From Paraphysomonas bandaiensis (taxonomy: Eukaryota > Protista > Chrysophyceae): DNA of 13,576 bases. Within the stretch, counting starts at the first letter, position 1, and the number at the start of each line of letters is the position of its first letter. The stretch covers positions 1-13,576 of the forward strand of contig CBFFRP010000307.1 of NCBI GenBank assembly GCA_965644295.1. The letters run 5' to 3'. A model generated the notes under the pieces. It made no database searches. It worked only from the letters and a program-made list of their open reading frames with translations, and was not told the origin of the DNA. Below are positions 1-8,782 of this stretch, in pieces. A program made the translations under genes and the position numbers.

Positions 1-132
1 CCCTGAGGAAGTGGATATGAGGCACATATAGATCTATATTTTTGTATGTACCAGTGGGTTGAACTTGAAAGTGTACATATTTCTATATTTCATTTTGTTT
101 AAAGTGATCCTTTAAGATATTCTTCAAATATA

Positions 133-158
133 ACTTCGTACTTCGACTTCACACTTCG
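133..158 (+). promoter_or_regulatory. Cluster of four ACTTC(G) motifs upstream of the ERCC1-like gene
   Basis: ACTTC at 133, 140, 146 and 153, about 160-185 nt upstream of the ATG at 317. A similar cluster lies at 6321-6346. The regulatory role is inferred. Confidence 0.35.
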
Positions 159-316
159 CTCAATGAATATATTCCCATATCAGCAGATCCTATGGAAGAA
201 CTCATACACTAATGGCCGCATGTACCCACCCACTGACATAGATGTGTGGTTGTTATATGGGCACTATCATGATTATCTATATGAATAGTGTGGTATCATA
301 ACTGTATGTATCTGTT

Positions 317-1104
317 ATGAATCTCCCACAAAAATTAATAGTAAACGAGCGCATAAGAGATCACGGTAAGTACCATCAAATCACACTATCTAATCCAATC
401 ACTCTTTGTTGGTAGAGATCCTTAAGTTCTTCTCTGATACAGCACAATTGAGGTATAGCTCTGCTATCGATGTTGATTTCATGTGAGTATATTATAATAA
501 CCGAGATAAAGGGCAGTAACAGCATCATACAGATTTTATGATAGCAAGCCAACAGTAGCCTTTTGTCTGTTTGACTTGTCATCTACGCCTCTCTCTAAGT
601 TATCAGAAACTTTTGACACGATGCAACGAACCTTCAGACATTCGTATGCTGTCATTGTTGGGGCAGTCTCTGAGAGTAGTTATTACGAGCTTCAACATAA
701 GATTCCTCCAGGAAATGCACATTTAGTTAAGGTGTCAAGCATGAGACAAGCATATGAGTTTATGATGAGCTGCACTGTATCTATATTCGATAGCACGAAG
801 TTGGACGTGCAGAAGCAATACTTTGTTGCGGTATGATTCTATTGAAAAATAATTGTGTATTATCTAAATTAAAGCCCGTAACTAGGAGGCCAGAAATATC
901 GCTTCATCACAAGTTGCGAAAGGTATTTTGTTGTCAGCATTGAGCCGAATGGACATTGATGTGAGTGAGGCCTGTCTTATTGCTGATATGTGCGGATCAA
1001 TAGCAACCGTCATGGACACTAACAGCAGTGTGCTAGAGCAGAGTTGTCCAATCAGCCATCGCACAGCAAGTTGCTTGGAGAATTTTTTTTCTGCGGATAT
1101 CTGA
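317..1104 (+). CDS. ERCC1-like non-catalytic XPF/ERCC4-family protein with C-terminal (HhH)2-like region; SPO16/PARTING DANCERS-like or FAAP24-like; 4 exons, 210 aa
   Basis: Exons 317-365, 416-482, 533-830 and 886-1104. Introns 366-415 (GTAAGT..TAG), 483-532 (GTGAGT..CAG) and 831-885 (GTATGA..TAG). The CDS is 633 nt and all phases are compatible. Protein: MNLPQKLIVNERIRDHEILKFFSDTAQLRYSSAIDVDFIFYDSKPTVAFCLFDLSSTPLSKLSETFDTMQRTFRHSYAVIVG...IADMCGSIATVMDTNSSVLEQSCPISHRTASCLENFFSADI. The size, the N-terminal nuclease-like fold pattern without ERKxxxD, and the GSIxx..L....A..L..FF tail fit ERCC1-like partner subunits. The gene model is more certain than the subfamily. Confidence 0.8.
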
Positions 1105-1309
1105 AAGAGAAATTTTATTTTATTTTTTGGAACGAGTTTGTGGGATAGATTAATACCGAGTGTATTTTCTTTTCTATTTAATTAGTATACGGATTTATCA
1201 TTGCTATATTAATTGTTGTATGAAAGTCTGATTATTACATGAGTACGGTTGCGTACAGAAACTAGTTTATGTCTATAGACTAGCTAATAACTAGATTTGC
1301 TATATACTA

Positions 1310-1614
1310 CTAGTGGCGGGCAACCGTCTCGGGACTGCTTGTGCATCGCTGCGAGCACCATGGTGCAACCGTCCCTTGTAGTGAGGTTAGTCGGGGGGTC
1401 TACCTTAGGCAATGTGTCTGGCGGGCCTGTGCCATGGATTATGTGGGGGGTGGGTGAGGCGAGTTGTATATGAGAGTGCAAGTCGGTGGTGGAGATGGTG
1501 CTGGTTGTTGAGGTGGGGTTTCGGCTACAAGTAAGGAACTATTAATTGTTGAATTATATATATTCAGACACAAAGTAGAGTATAAGTTCCATAACTGCGT
1601 ACTATTTTTGTAGA
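1310..1614 (-). mobile_element. Possible non-autonomous Helitron-like or other repeat insertion with a GC-rich core
   Basis: A GC-rich, G-skewed block (about 1314-1530) lies in AT-rich intergenic DNA. On the minus strand it can be read A|TCTAC... (1614) to an imperfect hairpin followed by ...CTAG|T (1310). The motifs are short and copy number is unknown. Confidence 0.25.
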
Positions 1615-1943
1615 TACAGTGTCATATATAGTCTACTGCTTGCACCTCTTCCCCTTTACTCTAAACAATTCACGCTTACATTATCGTTCCGTATTTTTCT
1701 CTGGTAAATAGCTAAGAGCAGCAAATTTTAAGTTGCCATAATACCTTAAATCATTCATGTTCGTGCAGTAGTAATTCGAGTATCAAATTCATGGCTGATA
1801 AAAGCATTTCTAACTGATGGAGAAAGCGTAACAAGTATAAACACCTGACGAGATCATAAATTACAACCATCTTAATGTCTAAATTCATATTACGTTTCAG
1901 AATACTCGCTTTTTTGTGATTTTTTCAATTCTCGCGTTGGTAT

Positions 1944-4900
1944 CTATTCATCTGACTTTAGATTAAAAAAATTATACAATTGTTTTCTCGGTATTGGAGG
2001 CATCAGTGCCAAGGCGCCTGATTTCTCTAAGTCTTGAACCATCTTTTTACATTCACCCTGAAGTTCATATAGTGGAATAGTATTTAAAAGTCATATTATG
2101 CCACAATATAATGTATCATAATACCAATGGGGGATGAAGGGAGCTCAATAAGTCCGCTAGGACTGTGCTTCCAGTTCTCACTACCTCACGCAAAACAGCC
2201 TGTTGAAGAGAAACCGCCTAAATTGAAAAGACAATATCTTCGATCAAAACACTTGCACTCTTTAGTATTGATTTACCGAAACAGTAGGATTTTTTTTTGC
2301 GATATGTACTATCGTCCGCATCATTAGCAGTATCTGTTCTCTAGAGTTAAGGACAGAGATCAACAGGTGAAATAAGTCTGACTCAGCTTCCGCAGTACTA
2401 TTAGACGACAAGCAGCAAGTACGAAACAAGCAGCGAAAAGCAAGTCTGACATTCCGTTATGACGTATATGAAATATATATGTATATGCTGGACCTCTACC
2501 TGGGCTGCTTATTAAATACATCTGAAGCAATATTCGTACAGTGATCAATAACAGAAGACTGATTGTCACAAAGAAGTGTTGGCAACAAGATTGAGAGAGT
2601 GTAGTCTGCCGAATCCTTTACAAGCTTCTCGAGAACAACGCACTTGATGCATAGCAGGTATGTAAGTAACACACTATCTCTACAAAATTCACGCAGTCTT
2701 CCATTGCCATGCGTACATCTCTGCTTTTTACGGGATTGTAACTGGCTAACTTCATTCAGCATGTATATGTTTTGAACATAAGTTAACAAGCCCTGAACTA
2801 GGACAGGAGAGGCTGTCGTTCCGTGAGAAAATATCTACCATATTCCGGGTTTTATTACGGTGTAATAATTTCAAGATAGGATGTGTATACCTCTAACCAT
2901 ACAGAAAGAGCTTGTGCCCTGACAGCCAGACCAGCCTCTTCCTCTTGCCACTGACTATGTCCATGTATCACCAGCGTATCCACAAGGTGTGAGTGCGTAT
3001 TCCGCAATCTAGTTGTTGACAAATAAATCAACACTGAAAAATGATAAAACTCCCCGACCTATGTGACAGCTTCAAAATTTTTCCAAGACACCGTAAGGCA
3101 GCAGTAAAAACTGACTGTTCCATAGTCAGAATGAATATTGCATAGCAATGAATGATACAATACCACTGGAGCATCGTTGTCCGGAATGCATAAGTATACG
3201 ACAAAAGGAACGAAGCATGTAAGGAAGGATGATTGATCTTCAACGCTTTGCGCCAACATGTGACTAGTTTTCTCGGATGCAGCTTCCTTTACCTGCCACA
3301 TTGAAGGCAATAACAAAACACTTTTGTCAAGGGTATAATTACTGCTGCATTATGCATATAGTCCAATTTTTCTTGTCCACACCCTTCTTCCCCAGGTAAC
3401 ACTTCCGGGTTCGCAAGTGACTCCGCAACCCGCTCTTCAACACGCCTTTGAATAGCCTAGATTGACCTTATGAAACCCAAAAAGACATATCGTATCTAAC
3501 CGACGTTGGCATTCTCCATGATTACTGCTGATAGAAGGTTGATGTACTGAACCGCCCCTGCTTCAGTACCTTCTTGGTCTAGCGGGCATATTGCATCTTG
3601 CATGTATCCGACAGACTCATATAGTAATTTAAGAGGTTTAGAGAGATGAATCGCCAACACCACCGCGCTGGGCATCACGCTGACCGACATACACGCACAC
3701 AAAGAGAAATAAATCCTGAATTAACAGAAAATTAACGAACCTAGGTAGCAACAACATTTGAGGATACACAATTGACGTTATCATTCCAATGCTACGCTTA
3801 GACAAACCCCGATGCTCTGTAACAAACCCTAAAGAAATATACTGAAGAATATAAAGCATTACACACCAACAAGTCTGCCCACTAATAGCAGCCAGAAAGA
3901 AAAGCTGACTGCGGCTGATTCTGAAGAGAAAGGTTTCCCGGGATCGTCTTTTGACCTTAGAATAAAATCATCGACGGCTATACGTGCCATGGCAGAGACT
4001 TCAGTTGACGTCAACAAGTAAGAACACGCCTAGAGATAGAAATCATACTCAAATCACCTAATTATTGAGATATGAACAGAGACTAACCAAAACTAGAGAT
4101 GATTTAACCATCACATCCCAATTATCTGCACTGGAGGCAGGCACACTGGCACTTAGTAGCTGAGATAACCTCAAAATTACATCAGAACTGGAAGCTTCCA
4201 CAATGTAAAGCATAGCCTCCAGCACTTCCTTTCTCTCTTTTTCCGCCATCATATCACATACTCCACGCAACAGTTGGAATTCCTCCGCTTCAAATATGTC
4301 TATACCCAAATGATATCCATCCCTAGCACACACAATGATACACTTCACAGCACAAATATGTTCCTTGGAATATTAAGCTCAAATACCTGAATGCAAGTAC
4401 CGCCTTTCCAGCTAACTCAGCTAATGCCTCTGTGATATGTAAGAATTCTACCGACGTCAATATTACATTGATCGCATGATCACCTACCAATGTGGCAACA
4501 TCTGGACAAAATTACTTTACTGTAGACCGACGCCGCTTCTGTACTAGCCCCCCGGAATTGTATCTGCAGACACATTTATTCAGTGATGCATGGCAACAAC
4601 GAACAACCCCTCACTAATAGGTGCGCGGTACTCGCACCGACAGAGCGAGAAAGAAGAATCTGCTCCACAAGCCTGACAGTGTGCGCTGAAACCCCTCGAG
4701 TCACGTCCTGTAGGCGAACAAATAAAAATATATAAGGAGAGTCACTTCTAATCGCATTGCCTGGTTAATCATCGGGGAGATATATTGGTTTACGATGGAG
4801 TGTAGCATGCTCTGAATTTCTCTTTCCTGTCCACGGGCGCCAGTCAATATATGTTGACGAAATAATGACATAAACCACGCGTACCATTTCATCGTCAATC

Positions 4901-6118
4901 TGCAGGATAACTTCTGCACAGGTGCACTTCTCCGAATATTCCCGACCGAGTGGACGCTCATTCAAGATTCGCAACAATGTAGACAGTAACTCAGTCTGTT
5001 TCCGTTTAGGCACTCGACATCTACCCAGAAGCTGACACAGAGTACTTAAGACAGCCTGACCAAATAATCTGGAATATCAAACACTAATATACAAATACTC
5101 TACAAACACCTTTATTCCGCATAAGTAATGCAAATTATTCGCACGATAAAGCTGAATGTAATCTGAACATATATTTCGTCATGAACTGCACATACAGATA
5201 TATAGCTATACTTGCACAAGCTATAGCAGCCGCGGCTTGGACATGAAGGTCTGTGTCGTGGTCTGCAATCGCCAAAACCGCTTTGTAGACACAACCAACC
5301 TCATTCTCTACTATGTGGCTTCCAAGCGTGAGTATTTCCACAGCCTGTATTAATATTACTCCAATACCACAGTGCAAGACAACGTACCAACAGTTTGTTT
5401 GTCTGACAGGGATGTCGATCAATAAGAGCCCATAGTTCTACCCATACAGTGAGCATACATTCTCGTAACTGATAGTAAGATTCACGTTTCGAGATACCAA
5501 GTAGGATGCGGATGTAGGCAACAACATCTTTTTCAGGATGGTGAACTTCCCCATAAAACAAGTGTACCAGGCTCTCTAATGCATCCTCCACGAGTTAGAA
5601 AGACTTAAGAAAACCTTAGAACTCGTACCTAGTAAATAAAGCGTCGAATTATCAACCGTCAGCGCCCACGACAACAATAGCTCTGTTAAAGCACTCTTTC
5701 CTCGGCTGTGATCGGCTATACAGACAAGCCCACTTAGAACATCTGATGGAGTAACTCCGAATGCAACAAACGTTTTCGCAATCTCCTGACGTAGTGGTGC
5801 CTAGCATAGGCACATATTACTGACACCACTGCAAGCATATAATTAACACACCGGAAACCAAGGATATGATTCCACTAGAGCATTGTGGTAGTGTGTAATA
5901 GCATCACCAGCAGGACGGTCTACCGGCTCTTTTTCGGCCTCCAATAGAAATATATTACACACCTGTCGAACTCGACGGTGAAGTATCTCCTCAACACTCT
6001 TGTCTAGTGATCGACCTCGTGTGTGTTTCAAATACACTGTCATTGCAACACAGACCTGATCTAAATCACATGTGTTCTCATTATAGGATACAAGTTTCGC
6101 TTCAAGACTATCTTCCAT
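1944..6118 (-). CDS. HEAT/ARM-repeat protein, probable highly divergent condensin non-SMC subunit (CAP-D2/CAP-D3, Cnd1-like); 22 exons, 1017 aa
   Basis: Exons (minus strand): 6118-5852, 5800-5629, 5575-5388, 5344-5212, 5162-5110, 5055-4885, 4826-4761, 4707-4615, 4563-4545, 4501-4387, 4322-4088, 4029-3867, 3816-3741, 3679-3505, 3456-3343, 3292-3164, 3114-3059, 3008-2891, 2834-2500, 2445-2277, 2217-2125, 2057-1944. There are 21 introns of 43-67 nt, every junction is phase-compatible, and the 3054-nt CDS has no internal stop. Leu/Val/Ala-rich amphipathic helices occur throughout. The segment SFLTCFVPFVVYLC...FTAALRCLGKILKLS...AVRAQALSVWLEIF...LLCDNQSSVIDHCTNIASDVFNKQP parallels the Cnd1 region as I recall it. 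SRKKQR is NLS-like. A few splice sites near 4760-4500 are ambiguous. Confidence 0.75.
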
Positions 6119-6612
6119 ATTGTACCACACGATAAACACATCAACACACCAGCTGATATACCCTCATTAGTATCCCTTGGAAGGCTCTACTTAGATGATA
6201 GATAATAAGACTTAACTTTAACGAGCGTCACACTCCATTCATACTCATATACGACACCCTCGAAGTTAAGTTTTATTATTACAAATGTTCAAGTATTGAA
6301 GGCATCTGATTCGTTGGTTTACTTGACTTCAATTAACTTCACTTCGTTTTAAGAACAGAGTGCGTATGGAATCATGATGTTAGCATATGCCATACAGCAG
6401 TGTATCTTTAGTGGAAATATACAAAAGCATGATATTTCAAGTTTTCATTATAAAAATCGGGGTATTTGGATCTCCTACACACCGTGTTGGCGAGTTTCGC
6501 CTACAAAAACATGTGAATGGGATGAGATAGGCGACCTTTAGCTACTATACACTCACTATACACTTGCAAGTTGAGCAGTAAACGACATAAGAAATATATA
6601 TCATTGATCAGT
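6119..6612. promoter_or_regulatory. Divergent (bidirectional) promoter region between the HEAT-repeat gene and the DUF4833-like gene, containing an ACTTC cluster
   Basis: 494 nt separate the head-to-head start codons at 6118 (-) and 6613 (+). ACTTG/ACTTC motifs at 6321, 6326, 6336 and 6341, plus a reverse copy CGAAGTT at 6261-6267. Confidence 0.6.
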
Positions 6613-7632
6613 ATGGCGTGGTTACTAGATCCAGGTGGCAAATCTGTTGCTCACAGAGCCCAGAAAGTTGTATCGGATATGCACATTCAACTGGAGAAAC
6701 AAACCAGACATATAAGCGATTTAGAGGAGATTATTGTCACAATGCAAGATATATGCACGAAACCTATTGAGCATGAAATAAATAGATTAGAGCAAAGGAA
6801 ATTAGATCTTCAAAGGGAAATTATTTCTACAGATGAAATGATTACTCAACACAAGAAGACTCTGCTGGATATAAAACTCAAACTATCGAAAGCTGTCCGT
6901 CGCGAAAGGAGTTTGTCATCTGGACAACATTCAGAAGGAAGTGTAGGTTTAACAACTCGAGAATATCGAAGTGCTAGCCTGGACAGCTCTTCTAGGTCTG
7001 TAGGTCGTGAACCTGGTACTCGATTGGATCCTAATGTGCTACACAAATGTGAAAATGTTCCCGAGGGCACATATTCTTATGAAGATGAATATGAGATTAT
7101 AGAGACCGTTAGGAGCATAGAGCCGTCTACGATGTTTTTACTTCATCGTAGTAATACGGATGGGGATGTTGTAGTGTATCTGCCGCCAGCTGGTCCTGGA
7201 GAAGTTCCATCGCTTTGCCGTTTTAGGGACTGCTCCGACAAAGACTCCGCAGAACCTGTTACCTCATTCGAGCGCATAATGGCGTTTGGTCCTAAGATAA
7301 CTCCCAATCACGATAGAGATGATCCAGAAACGAAAGAACTTCCCTATCATGGAGGAGGTTTAGCTGGGACCAGTAACAGTGTTGGTGAACTCCTCTACGC
7401 TGTGGAGATTCCAGTTGCGTCCGATATAGTGATTGATATTTGGAAGGTACCGGATGATGACATATACTGGGCAACTACAACTATTCAAGGAGTAAAATTT
7501 GCTGTATTAGAACGTATATTTGTTATGTCGGAATTGAGATGGGGATTTCCTACGGTAGTGGGAATTGAAATTTCAGGTCGGAACCCGGTTGATGGCAGAA
7601 TGTTAGTTGAGATAATCAGTACAGGGTCATAG
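6613..7632 (+). CDS. Intronless protein with N-terminal coiled coil, Ser/Arg-rich linker and C-terminal DUF4833-like domain (339 aa)
   Basis: Uninterrupted ORF with first ATG at 6613 (the track starts at an upstream TTG, 6571). Heptad-like segment IEHEINRLEQRKLDLQREII. C-terminal motifs MFLLHRSNTDGDVVVY, FERIMAFG and TTIQGVKFAVLERIFVMSELRWGFPTVVGIEISGRNPVDGRMLVEII match the order of DUF4833 motifs as I recall them. Confidence 0.8.
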   Translation: MAWLLDPGGKSVAHRAQKVVSDMHIQLEKQTRHISDLEEIIVTMQDICTKPIEHEINRLEQRKLDLQREIISTDEMITQHKKTLLDIKLKLSKAVRRERSLSSGQHSEGSVGLTTREYRSASLDSSSRSVGREPGTRLDPNVLHKCENVPEGTYSYEDEYEIIETVRSIEPSTMFLLHRSNTDGDVVVYLPPAGPGEVPSLCRFRDCSDKDSAEPVTSFERIMAFGPKITPNHDRDDPETKELPYHGGGLAGTSNSVGELLYAVEIPVASDIVIDIWKVPDDDIYWATTTIQGVKFAVLERIFVMSELRWGFPTVVGIEISGRNPVDGRMLVEIISTGS

Positions 7633-8409
7633 AATCACTAATACAACAACGCTAATAAACAACATGCTATTCATACTAGTATTTTTTCTTGTAAATATGG
7701 CTGGATATAAGTTTAAGTATGAGGTCGTGAGAAATAGGATATAGCAGTGGTAGCCGAGAGAGATTCATTCCAACATCCCTCAGGTAATAAGGTTCTTACA
7801 TTGAAAGTTATTATGGATTTTGGAAGCATTGAGAAAGAGCAAAGGTCAAGCAATTATTTAACGTCCAGTCAGAACTTCAACTAAACAGCCAGCACGGTGT
7901 GATATCATTAGGTGAATGACATATTATTAGCAATAGATAATGGATATTACATATAATAAAAGCAACACTGTTAGAAGTGAAACAAGTAGCTAAACAAAGA
8001 GATACAAACGAAATGCTATGAAGATTAAAAATTTAGACTCATTCTAATGTAGAAGCTCGCATACTAGTGTAATGCCTAGCCTCCCACATGAGACAGCACG
8101 GTGTCAGCCCCTACTAGGAATAGCATTGCAACCATCCTAAAGATCGTCTTGATAAAATGTGAAAAATATGGATTAGTAAAAAGCGCTTGTCCCAATATTC
8201 TAGTAACGTAAGTATTGTAGGATTAGTACAGTGCTTAAATCCGCGCCGATGATAAGAAGAATAACGGTCGGTTGTGGAAGTGATGACTCACCTCACATAC
8301 CAGGGCGTAGAACAGGCAGCGAGCGTATAATTGACAATAATGACTCTCAGCTTAAAGCAGCCTGTTGTGCATATCTATGAACAATAATACTGTGTGATAT
8401 ACTTAGCTT

Positions 8410-8660
8410 TTATATATCTATGTATCTAGTATCTATGTATTTAGATATCTAGATATCTATGTAGCTATATAGTAGTGTATCACAGATGCGAGTATCTACT
8501 CTGTACATCTACAGCTGGACTATGATGAGCAGCGGTACGTACGTACTTCATAGATAAGCTTTTTCTATATGTTGGATATGTATGTATTTCTCGTACATAC
8601 AGGCTGTATACACAGCAGTACATCTAGCAGTACTGTACTGCTGTATATATACGTGTGTAT
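8410..8660. repeat. Low-complexity, palindrome-rich tract (TATCTA/GTAC units)
   Basis: Perfect 18-bp palindrome TAGATATCTAGATATCTA at 8442-8459. GTACGTACGTAC at 8535-8546. A 16-bp inverted repeat with one mismatch at 8607-8622 / 8634-8649. Confidence 0.7.
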
Positions 8661-8782
8661 CTGTCATATCTGTGCTGTTGCAGAATTAATTCAGTTAAGT
8701 GGCATATAAGTCGACTCGTCGAACATATTAGATCATCTCTGTAATAATTTCTCGTACTGGTGTATGCTCTACTGATAGTAGA

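Noticed and set aside
1-27. Possible start of a minus-strand gene (ATG at 27, MCLISTSSG) running off the window
   Set aside because: Only nine codons are visible, which is too little to support a call.
2329-2340. AGTATCTGTTCT, identical to a stretch of U2 snRNA
   Set aside because: Only 12 nt long, lies antisense within a coding exon, and the rest of U2 is absent.
1944-6118. Stop-codon reassignment, programmed frameshifting or pseudogenisation to explain the fragmented minus-strand ORFs
   Set aside because: Ordinary short spliceosomal introns remove every stop and frame change. The modelled genes end in TAA, TAG and TGA under the standard code.
1310-8400. Telomerase RNA, RNase P/MRP or SRP RNA in the structured intergenic blocks
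   Set aside because: I found no telomere template, no P4 CR-I/CR-V pair and no SRP helix-8 motif by eye.
8741-8781. Possible 41-nt 5' UTR intron (GTAATA..TAG) just before the C2 start codon
   Set aside because: Plausible, but there is no reading-frame constraint to test it, and it is slightly shorter than the other introns.
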